A stretch of DNA of 64,000 bases from Eubacteriales bacterium (lineage in GTDB: Bacteria; Bacillota; Clostridia; Peptostreptococcales; Anaerovoracaceae), in contig JAQXJR010000035.1 in NCBI GenBank assembly GCA_029009055.1, forward strand, positions 6,196 through 70,195. The letters are read 5' to 3'. Under the pieces are notes generated by a model. The model was not told the DNA's origin and did no database searches. It saw only the letters and a program-made list of their open reading frames with translations. Positions 56,361 through 64,000 of this stretch are shown piece by piece. Each line of letters opens with the position of its first letter. Within the stretch, counting starts at the first letter, position 1. The translations under genes and the position numbers were made by a program.

Positions 56361-57371
56361 ATGTACGGAATTATAGATATCGGTTCTAATACGATCCGCC
56401 TGGTGCTCTATCACGTGGAGCATTCCGATAAGACTGGGGCTTACCGGATACAGAGGATCATGAATAAGAAATACACGGCTTCCCTGGCAGGCTACGTGAA
56501 TAAGAAGGGAAATTTAAGCAGCAGCGGTATAAAACGCGCCTGCAATATACTGTCAGAGCTGAGGGCGATAGTCGACAGCATAAAACTGGAGCAGGTGTAC
56601 GTTTTCGCTACGGCTTCATTCAGAAATATAAATAATACGGCGGAAGTCCTCAGGAGGACTCAGGCGGCTTCAGGCTTCCAGATAAAAGTGCTGAGCGGTG
56701 AGGAAGAAGCGAACTGCGGATTCTACGGACTCTTAAGCGAGGTGTTCGACGCTAACGAAGGCGACGTGGAAGCCGGAAACGGAGTGCAGATAGACCTGGG
56801 AGGAGGCAGTACGGAGTTCGTATTCTTCAATGGGCATAAGATAGAGAAATCTCTGTCCATACCTGTCGGATCCCTTAACCTGTACGAGAAGTTCGTATCC
56901 GGCATCCTGCCTACATCGGGAGAGATAAAGAAAATAAAGAAATACGTCCGCGACCAGCTTAAGAAGGCGGACCTCCCGGAGGGATTTAAGGCGGACATGC
57001 TTTGCTGCGAAGGTGGTACGGCGAGAGCGCTGGAAAGCCTGCTGACCCGGGCCTACCCGGAAGTAGCGGACAGGGAGGATTACTCCACGAACTACATGGA
57101 CGAATGGGAACAGCGCTACCTGGAGGACAGGGAGGCCTGCCAGAAGGACATCCTGAAGACATGCCCGGAGAGAATCCATACAGTCCTGCCGGGCGCTATA
57201 GCCATACACTACATAAGTCAATATTTCGGAAGTAAGAAGATCCTGACAGTAAGAAACGGTGTCCGCGAGGGTTATCTCCTGTCGATACTTTACGGTAAGG
57301 ACGGCAGCAATTCTATGGCGGATATGATTTACGGAAGCACGGTAATCCCGGAGGTCGATCATGAGCAATAA
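56361..57371 (+). CDS. ppx: Exopolyphosphatase, Ppx/GppA family (short form without HD domain)
   Basis: IDIGSNTIRL, ATASFR, LSGEEEA, DLGGGSTE and GVREG. Confidence 0.9.
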   Translation: MYGIIDIGSNTIRLVLYHVEHSDKTGAYRIQRIMNKKYTASLAGYVNKKGNLSSSGIKRACNILSELRAIVDSIKLEQVYVFATASFRNINNTAEVLRRTQAASGFQIKVLSGEEEANCGFYGLLSEVFDANEGDVEAGNGVQIDLGGGSTEFVFFNGHKIEKSLSIPVGSLNLYEKFVSGILPTSGEIKKIKKYVRDQLKKADLPEGFKADMLCCEGGTARALESLLTRAYPEVADREDYSTNYMDEWEQRYLEDREACQKDILKTCPERIHTVLPGAIAIHYISQYFGSKKILTVRNGVREGYLLSILYGKDGSNSMADMIYGSTVIPEVDHEQ

Positions 57372-59817
57372 AGATAAGAATTTCATGCAGAACAGAGAAC
57401 TATCCTGGCTTAAGTTCAACGAGAGGGTCATGGACGAGGCGCTGGACCCGACAGTGCCTCTCCTGGAGAGGCTCCGCTTTCTGACTATATTCACGACGAA
57501 CTTGGACGAATTCTTCATGGTGCGCGTGGGAAGCCTGCTGGACATGGTGCCGCTCGGTGACGAAGCCGCGGATAATAAGACGGGCATGACGGCTCAGCAG
57601 CAGCTTGACGCTATATACGAAGACGTGCGCGCTCTCTACACTAAGAGGGATAAGCTGTTCGCCGACCTGGTCCAGGAGCTGAAGCTTAAGGACATACACT
57701 TCCTGACATTCGCCGAACTCACAGCCGACGAGCAGGAGACGGTCGAGCACTATTTCAGTCACGAGATAATGCCGCTGCTCACACCTCAGATCGTGGATAA
57801 ACTCCATCCTTTCCCTCAGATGCAAAGTAAGACCATAAATATAGGCGTCTGGCTGAAGCAGGAAGGGAGCAAGAAACTCATACCGGCCTTCCTTCCGCTC
57901 CCGGCTACCATTCCTCAGGTCATATACCTGCCGGGAAGCGGCGTCAGGATGATATCTACAGCGGATATCCTTTATGAATTCGCGGACGTGGCCTTCTCGA
58001 CATACGAAGTAACGAGCAAGGTAAAGCTTTGCATAACCAGAAACGCCGACATCCACGCCGAGGACGAGGACCTGGAGATGAGCGATGACTTCAGAGATCT
58101 CATGAAGAAGATGCTGAAGGACCGCCGCCATCTGGCGCCGCTCAGACTGGAGCTGTCGCATGAGATAAGCGGTGACGGGCTCAAGTTCCTCACGGAGAAG
58201 CTCGGTATCACGGAAGCGCAGGTGTTCTATTCCAACGCGCCTCTTATGCTGGATTTCGCTTATTCCATGGAGGAGAAGCTGAATGAGCGCGAGAAGGCAG
58301 AACTCCTGTACACGCCGTACAGCCAGAGGATCCCTTATCAGATAGAGCCGGGCGTATCTATGTTCGAGCAGATTCAGAAGCACGACATAATGCTGTCCTA
58401 TCCGTATGAGAGCATGGATCCGTTCCTGGACCTCTTAGACGAGGCTTCCAGAGATCCCGGTGTCGTTTCTATCTCCATCACGATCTACAGACTGGCGAGG
58501 AAGAGCCGTCTGGTGCACGCTCTCATGAGGGCTGCCGAGAAGGGTAAGAATGTCACGGTCCTTATGGAGCTTCGCGCCAGGTTCGATGAGCAGAATAACA
58601 TAGACTGGTCTGAAGAGCTGGAGAAAGCCGGATGCACGGTCATTTACGGTACGCCTAATTATAAGGTGCACTCTAAGATCTGCCTCATCACCCGTAAGGA
58701 GGGCGATGACATCCAGAGCTACACTCAGGTCGGAACAGGAAACTATAACGAGAAGACATCTCAGTTATACACAGACCTCTGCCTGATGACCTGTAACACT
58801 TATATCGGTAAGGACGCCCGCACATTCTTCCGCAATATGGGAATAGGAAACCTGCAGGGATCATACAGGTCGCTCATAGTATCCCCTGTCAGCCTGAAGT
58901 CTACGGTCATAGACCTCATAGACCAGGAGATACAGAAGGGTAAGAACGGCTTCATGTTCTTTAAGATGAACTCCTTGACCGATAAGGAAATCATAGAGAA
59001 GCTGCACGAGGCGTCTAAGGCAGGCGTCACTGTAAAGATGATCATCAGAGGCATCTGCTGCCTGATCCCGGGTAAGAAGGGCGAGACGGATAACATAGAG
59101 GTCCGCAGCATGGTCGGTCGCTATCTGGAGCACTCCAGGGTGTATATCTTCGGCAAGGGCGAGGAAGAGAAGATGTATATCGCTTCCGCGGACTTCATGA
59201 CGAGGAATACTAGCCGCCGTGTAGAAGTAGGCTGCCCTATTTACTCTCAGGCTGTGGCTTCTAAGATCCATAACATGCTGGCTATCATGTGGGCTGATAA
59301 TATGAAGGCCCGCCGCCTGTCCGCTGACGGAAAGTACAGATGGATAGATAAGAACCTGATCGAAGGCGAGATCCCGCAGTCGTATGACGAGGCTAACGCT
59401 GAGATCGCGGCAAGCCGCGCCTCAGCTGAAACGTCGGTCAATGAAACCGAACAGTCAGTTGAGATCCTGGCTGATGAGGCGGGAGATTTCTCTAAGGACG
59501 GAAATTACAGCGATAAGGCGCCTGTTAGAGAGGATAAGCGCATTCCGCTCTGGCTCACAGAGATGATAAATGAAGCGAGGGAGACACGCGGCTTCAGCGC
59601 CCAGGACGCTCAGATGGAGCTGGCTGAGAAGAACGGCTACCTGCCTGAAGACGCGGCTAAGATCCGTAAGGAGAAGAAGCTAGAGGAAGTAAGGGCTATA
59701 GAAGCAAAGCGTAATGAGGAAGTTGCCGCCCAGGCATCCGCTAAGGCTGACGCAAAGGCGCCGGAAACTCCTGAGAAGAAGAAATCTTTCTTACAGAAGC
59801 TGATGTTCTGGAAATAA
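57361..59817 (+). CDS. ppk1: Polyphosphate kinase 1 with an extended C-terminus
   Basis: NRELSWLKFNERV, LDEFFMVRVG, HPFP, ELRARFDE, KVHSK, GTGNYNE, RYLEHSR and SADFMTRN..RRVE. Confidence 0.95.
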   Translation: MSNKDKNFMQNRELSWLKFNERVMDEALDPTVPLLERLRFLTIFTTNLDEFFMVRVGSLLDMVPLGDEAADNKTGMTAQQQLDAIYEDVRALYTKRDKLFADLVQELKLKDIHFLTFAELTADEQETVEHYFSHEIMPLLTPQIVDKLHPFPQMQSKTINIGVWLKQEGSKKLIPAFLPLPATIPQVIYLPGSGVRMISTADILYEFADVAFSTYEVTSKVKLCITRNADIHAEDEDLEMSDDFRDLMKKMLKDRRHLAPLRLELSHEISGDGLKFLTEKLGITEAQVFYSNAPLMLDFAYSMEEKLNEREKAELLYTPYSQRIPYQIEPGVSMFEQIQKHDIMLSYPYESMDPFLDLLDEASRDPGVVSISITIYRLARKSRLVHALMRAAEKGKNVTVLMELRARFDEQNNIDWSEELEKAGCTVIYGTPNYKVHSKICLITRKEGDDIQSYTQVGTGNYNEKTSQLYTDLCLMTCNTYIGKDARTFFRNMGIGNLQGSYRSLIVSPVSLKSTVIDLIDQEIQKGKNGFMFFKMNSLTDKEIIEKLHEASKAGVTVKMIIRGICCLIPGKKGETDNIEVRSMVGRYLEHSRVYIFGKGEEEKMYIASADFMTRNTSRRVEVGCPIYSQAVASKIHNMLAIMWADNMKARRLSADGKYRWIDKNLIEGEIPQSYDEANAEIAASRASAETSVNETEQSVEILADEAGDFSKDGNYSDKAPVREDKRIPLWLTEMINEARETRGFSAQDAQMELAEKNGYLPEDAAKIRKEKKLEEVRAIEAKRNEEVAAQASAKADAKAPETPEKKKSFLQKLMFWK

Positions 59818-59819
59818 AA

Positions 59820-59928
59820 TAAGAAAACCTGCTGAACGGGGCTTGATTTCAAGCCGAGATCGATATTAAGCCGATGCTTGATAATTGATCCGCGTAACTA
59901 AGAAAACCTGCTGAACGGGGCTTGATTT
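59820..59928 (+). repeat. Perfect 30-bp direct repeat (2 copies, 49-bp spacer)
   Basis: TAAGAAAACCTGCTGAACGGGGCTTGATTT at 59820-59849 and 59899-59928. Confidence 0.9.
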
Positions 59929-59960
59929 TTGATTTCAAGTCTCCTGCCAGCAGGTTTTTT
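59903..59960. terminator. Terminator between ppk1 and the convergent kinase gene
   Basis: AAAACCTGCTG / CAGCAGGTTTT outer stem with an inner GGGGCTTGA/TCAAGTCTCC stem, then a T-tract. Confidence 0.7.
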
Positions 59961-60061
59961 GTGCTTGTATTTTCTTGATTTTGAGGCGTGAGCTATTGTT
60001 CCGGTAGATTGCTTTGCGGCACAGCGAATTGTAGTGGCTCGCTTTGCGGCGCTATGCCACA

Positions 60062-61720
60062 TTACTGTTGTTTCTTCCGGCGGGCACGCATCTTCCGCAT
60101 AGTGCGGCGGCGGTGGATCTTCTTCCTCAGCCATGTCTCCCAGAAGAATCTCATAGTGAAGAATGCTGTCGCCAGGACCGCTATGAAAAAGCCGAGGAAA
60201 CCAAGCATAGGTATCCCGAAAATCTTCGGCGACATGTCCGTCGTGCAGAGTATGGCGGATCCGACGAGCAAGGCGGCTATGCACATGCCGATTACCAGGT
60301 TCCTCACGGCAGCCCTGATGATCACTACAGTCGACTGAGACATATTCAGCCTCAGATTCATCCTCGACTCACCGGACAGGTACTCCTTAAGCGCGTCGGA
60401 AGCCAGGCCAGGAATCTCCACGCTCTTAGACATGGACCGCCAAAGTCTCCTGCTCCCATTTGTCAGCTCTTCCCGCCAGTCTATGTCCCTGAACATCTGC
60501 TGGGTTATTCTTTGCTCGGCTATAGCGGACATGCTGATATCAGGGCTAATCTTCGCGAGCACGCCCTCCATCTGCGCCAGACTCCTCCCGAGCATAGTAA
60601 CACCGTGCGGTAGCGCTATCCCGTTATTTTTCATGACGTCGAACATGTCGAGCACCGCCTCGCTCATGCTGATGCTCCCCATATCCTCGCTGCCGTATTT
60701 ATCCAGGTAATTTCTCAGGTCCTCATATAGCTTGCGGCGGTTAGGCGGTTCCTGGAACTCGCCCAGGTCTATGACCGCGTCCTCGACTATTCTGACATCG
60801 TGTAAAGCGATACCTTTCACGCCTCTGGCCATGATCTGCCGCAGCCGCTCCGTGAGTCTCCCCATCATCCCCATGTCCAGCCAGACGATCTTCCCGTCTC
60901 TGACCTTCACGTTTCCGGGGTGCGGATCCGCATGGAAGAAACCGTCGTCCATGATTTGCTTAATATAATTATCGACGAACTTCTCCCCGATTTCACTTAA
61001 ATCATAGCCCAGCTCCCGCAGTCTGTCCGCGTCATCGATGGCAACGCCGTCGATATACTCCATCACCAGGACCCGGTCGGTCGTGTACTCCCTGTAGAGT
61101 TCCGGTACGTAAACATACTGGATCTCCCGGTTCAGTTTCCGGAATTCCTGCATATTCGCCGCCTCTTTCAGGAAGTCCATTTCCTCCTGCGCGACCGCCC
61201 AGAGTTCATCCAGCACCATATCGAAATCCGCGACTCCGGATAGGCCGCCGACAGCTGGCATGTGGCTGACAAGCCTATGCAGCAGGCCGATATCCCGGGC
61301 CATGGTGTCATAGATTCCCTTCCGCTGGACTTTTATCACGACTTCTCCGCCGTTCTTCAGCGTAGCCCGGTGGACCTGCGCGATCGAAGCGGACCCCAGC
61401 GGTTTCTCCTCGATCGACCGAAAAATCTCATAGGGGTCCAGGCGGTAGCTGTGCGAGAGAACATCCAGGACGTCCTCGAACGGCATCGGATCCACTTCGC
61501 TGGTCAGCTTCATCAGCTCATCACAGTACCGCTTCGGCAGGATATCCGAGTGGAGCGACATGATCTGTCCCAGCTTCACATAGGTCGGACCCAGCTCTAC
61601 CAGGAGCTGCCTGAGCTTCTCCGGCGTGATCCCCCGCGTGATATGATATTTACGGACGATCATCCGGATCTCCCGGAAACGTCCGCTGCTGTCGTTCATC
61701 GTTTTCTGCGTGTCGGACAT
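60062..61720 (-). CDS. ABC1/AarF/UbiB family atypical protein kinase
   Basis: LGPTYVKLGQ, PLGSASIAQVH, VVIKVQR, VLVMEYIDG, GFFHADPHPGN and LDMGMMG. Confidence 0.92.
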   Translation of the reverse strand: MSDTQKTMNDSSGRFREIRMIVRKYHITRGITPEKLRQLLVELGPTYVKLGQIMSLHSDILPKRYCDELMKLTSEVDPMPFEDVLDVLSHSYRLDPYEIFRSIEEKPLGSASIAQVHRATLKNGGEVVIKVQRKGIYDTMARDIGLLHRLVSHMPAVGGLSGVADFDMVLDELWAVAQEEMDFLKEAANMQEFRKLNREIQYVYVPELYREYTTDRVLVMEYIDGVAIDDADRLRELGYDLSEIGEKFVDNYIKQIMDDGFFHADPHPGNVKVRDGKIVWLDMGMMGRLTERLRQIMARGVKGIALHDVRIVEDAVIDLGEFQEPPNRRKLYEDLRNYLDKYGSEDMGSISMSEAVLDMFDVMKNNGIALPHGVTMLGRSLAQMEGVLAKISPDISMSAIAEQRITQQMFRDIDWREELTNGSRRLWRSMSKSVEIPGLASDALKEYLSGESRMNLRLNMSQSTVVIIRAAVRNLVIGMCIAALLVGSAILCTTDMSPKIFGIPMLGFLGFFIAVLATAFFTMRFFWETWLRKKIHRRRTMRKMRARRKKQQ

Positions 61721-61721
61721 A

Positions 61722-62051
61722 TTATTCCGCTTCGCCGGCGTCCTTGGCGGCCAGGGCCTTCTTCAGCTCCTCCAGTTCTTCGTCTGACATGCTGTCCAGC
61801 ATAGACTTAATATCTTTCTTCTCCTCTTCCGGCTGCGCCTTCTCCTCAGGAGCATCCTTTCTCTCCCGGTTCTCCTTCACGGTGCGTCTGAGCTCCTGGT
61901 TCAGGGTCTTCCCCTGTTCTACCGTAAGCTCCCCCTTCTCGACCATGCTGTTTACCAGCTCGTCCGCCTTCTCCGCGCTCATAGCCAGCGCGCCGACGCC
62001 CGCGAGAAAAATCTTCTTCGCTGTGTCTGAAAGATAGTTCTTATTATCCAT
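61722..62051 (-). CDS. Phasin-like (PhaF/PhaI N-terminal-like) small protein
   Basis: KKIFLAGVGALAMSAEKADELVNSMVEKGELTVEQGK. This type is typically found next to ABC1 kinases. Confidence 0.78.
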   Translation of the reverse strand: MDNKNYLSDTAKKIFLAGVGALAMSAEKADELVNSMVEKGELTVEQGKTLNQELRRTVKENRERKDAPEEKAQPEEEKKDIKSMLDSMSDEELEELKKALAAKDAGEAE

Positions 62052-62196
62052 AGTAATACCCTCCCTTACATTCTATCTGCCGGTATGTCCGGCTGCCGCG
62101 AGAACCGCCGCGGACCCTCTGTCCGCCTTAAACTAGGTCTCTAGGCTTCGCCCTCCCTGGCTCTTCTACCGCAAAGCTTCTCCTTCGCAGCCCTCT

Positions 62197-62562
62197 CTAG
62201 AGCAGCGCGGCGAGCTTCGGCAGGAAAATGACCAGGCCGACGAAAGCCGCGCAGATCGCCGCCGCGAGAACAGCTCCCGCTGCCGCGTCCTTCGCCTTCT
62301 TCGCTAAAGGCTTCCGTTCTTCCGTCGCCAGATCCACGACCGCCTCGACCGCCGTATTTACCAGCTCCAGGCTGATCACCAGGCCGATGAAAATCGCGCA
62401 TACGAACCATTCCATCTTCGAAATATGGAGAATCGATCCGAAAATCACGACCAGGGCGGTCGCTGCCAGATGGATCTTAATATTTCTTTCCTCGCGGATC
62501 GTGTTCCAAATGCCCTGAAACGCGTATCCGAAGCTTCGATAGAGCGGTTCGTGCTTTCTCAT
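62197..62562 (-). CDS. dgkA: Diacylglycerol/undecaprenol kinase (DgkA family)
   Basis: SFGYAFQGI..ERNIKIH, ELVNTAVEAVVD and AKDAAAGAVL. Confidence 0.9.
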   Translation of the reverse strand: MRKHEPLYRSFGYAFQGIWNTIREERNIKIHLAATALVVIFGSILHISKMEWFVCAIFIGLVISLELVNTAVEAVVDLATEERKPLAKKAKDAAAGAVLAAAICAAFVGLVIFLPKLAALL

Positions 62563-62624
62563 CTTATGACCTCCGGCAATTCCTTTCTACTACAAATATA
62601 CTACTTCACGCCCATAAAATCCAT

Positions 62625-62681
62625 AAAAGCCGGGGCACCGCAGCTGAAGTCGAAAAATCGAAATCAGCCGCAGACCCCGGC
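62625..62681 (-). terminator. Intrinsic terminator after the surface-protein gene
   Basis: GCCGGGG...CCCCGGC-TTTT on the minus strand, with an inner GCTGA/TCAGC stem. Confidence 0.6.
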
Positions 62682-62721
62682 CTTCTATAGAGAGGTATAA
62701 AGAGTGGTAAGCAAATTTTAT

Positions 62722-64000
62722 TTATTTCACGCGCACCTTTATGGTCTTCGAATAAGACCCGTATACGCGCTTTTTTCCTTTTAATTTATAAGCCCTGACA
62801 CGGAAGTAATAGGTCCCCTTCTTAAGCTTCCAGCTTAGGGAACGTTTCTTAGAAGAAACCCTGCGGATTTTCCTGCCCTTGGAGAACTTCTTATTCTTCG
62901 CGAGGACCACTTCGTAGCCCTTAACGCCGGAACCCTTCTTCCAGCTGAGAACGGCCTTCTTCTTATAGCCTTTTCCCTTAACGCCAGTGACTCTGGCCGG
63001 TTTCTTAACAGAAGCGGAAGGAGCCTGAACGGATCCCTTCGGCTTCAAGATCCGCACCAGATACTCCGCGGAAGCCGTACCATCCGCCGAGGTCACCTGA
63101 ACGCGTACCGAGCTGTTATAAGCGGGATCCACAGCAGTCAGCGGATAACGGTAGGCGCCGTCCTTCTCCTGCCAGTCATAGAGAAGCTGCTCCCCCGCTT
63201 TCGCAGGCTTCCCGCCGAATCCGATCACATTCTCCCCCGCGAGGACCTTGATCGAAGCCGCGGTGTGCCTTGGTTTCAGCCAAAGATTAAACTTCGCCCG
63301 GCCGGAAGACAGCTTCGCTGTCTCATAGGTCGCCTTTCCCTTCGAGAAAGCCGGGAGAAGACCCGGGTCTTCCTGTCCGCCGTTCGTAAGCGTAAATACA
63401 GAAAGTCCCGTATCATTCGCCGGCGTCTTATGGATCCGGAAGTTGTATGCCGTTTTCAGGCTTCCCAGGGAAGATACGACCTTGACTTCTGTCAGCGCGC
63501 CCGTGAGCTCGATTTCACCCGGATCTGAGATTTTCTCCCCATTCACAGTAACCTCGGAGGTGACCTCCTGATCCGTACTTTCCAGGTCCAGAGCCGCTGC
63601 CCGGGTTTGGTCTCCTGCCGCGACATCATATACCCTTTTCTTCGCATCGAAAACGCTGGACGGCCAAGCCAGGTCATCTCCGGAATCCGCGTCTGTGAAG
63701 CTTACCGATTTCAGAAGTTTCGGCGCAATCGCCATCAGATGGTTGCTGTCGTTCTTATAATAGAGAATCCCGTCGCCGGATACCGCAAGAGGGGAGATGC
63801 AGAACTGCTTCTGTTCGTCGTTAGGGAGAAAGACCTTCTCGACGGCAGGAGCCCGGTCCGTAGCCGGACTATCCTGAAAAGCGTAGATCCCACCCTCATT
63901 AATATTACACGTAAAATAGAGCGTGACTTTCCCGGATGCCTTCTCGCCGGCTATAGAAAGGATCGGAGCTCCGGTCGGCTTTCCCGCTACAGGCACCTTA
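62722..64000 (-). CDS. 3' part of a large secreted/surface protein (beta-propeller end, cadherin-like beta-sandwiches, C-terminal FN3-like basic domain)
   Basis: The frame is open to the window edge. CISPLAVSGDGILYYKNDSNHLMAI resembles PQQ-like propeller blades. PAFSKGKATY and VQVTSADGTASAEYLVRI are cadherin-like. C-terminal LSWKK..GYEV..YYFRVRAYK. Confidence 0.72.
   Translation of the reverse strand, partial: KVPVAGKPTGAPILSIAGEKASGKVTLYFTCNINEGGIYAFQDSPATDRAPAVEKVFLPNDEQKQFCISPLAVSGDGILYYKNDSNHLMAIAPKLLKSVSFTDADSGDDLAWPSSVFDAKKRVYDVAAGDQTRAAALDLESTDQEVTSEVTVNGEKISDPGEIELTGALTEVKVVSSLGSLKTAYNFRIHKTPANDTGLSVFTLTNGGQEDPGLLPAFSKGKATYETAKLSSGRAKFNLWLKPRHTAASIKVLAGENVIGFGGKPAKAGEQLLYDWQEKDGAYRYPLTAVDPAYNSSVRVQVTSADGTASAEYLVRILKPKGSVQAPSASVKKPARVTGVKGKGYKKKAVLSWKKGSGVKGYEVVLAKNKKFSKGRKIRRVSSKKRSLSWKLKKGTYYFRVRAYKLKGKKRVYGSYSKTIKVRVK

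Noticed and set aside
57400-58383. 327-aa antisense ORF, and similar shadow ORFs (18405-19235, 22720-23583, 26297-27070, 28097-28738, 29112-29900, 45982-47103, 56733-57587)
   Set aside because: They lie opposite well-supported genes and have no motifs. They are expected by-products of biased codon usage.
59820-59928. CRISPR array
   Set aside because: Only two repeats, a 49-bp spacer, no typical repeat ends or leader, no cas genes in the window, and one copy is part of a terminator.
1-64000. tRNA, rRNA, integrase, transposase or prophage genes
   Set aside because: None recognised on either strand by visual inspection. A tRNAscan/ISEScan run would be needed to exclude degenerate cases.

Overview
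A 64-kb chromosomal window from an anaerobic Bacillota (Clostridia-like) genome. The taxon is inferred from gene content, such as the EutV/EutW-type ethanolamine system and sigma-A promoters. It holds about 55 mostly metabolic, transport and envelope genes; no rRNA, tRNA, CRISPR array, integrase or transposase was recognised. The left end carries the start of an ethanolamine-utilisation locus (eutV-eutW-extra ANTAR protein-eutB), whose leaders contain terminators overlapped by small hairpins with non-canonical GACGNA loops. Other gene-level points of interest are an SRAP/HMCES-family abasic-site protein ending in a textbook beta-clamp motif (QLSLF), an OPT transporter-PqqD/RRE-PepD operon, an LMW-PTP-Nudix fusion, and a lower-GC island (~48.6-52.5 kb) containing an amber-interrupted YcxB gene. 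Non-coding points of interest are an orphan attenuator divergent from a LysR gene, a modular dispersed palindromic repeat family (30.0-30.3 kb and 54.2-54.55 kb) and a 193-bp nested palindrome. All calls come from reading motifs by eye; no database searches were run.
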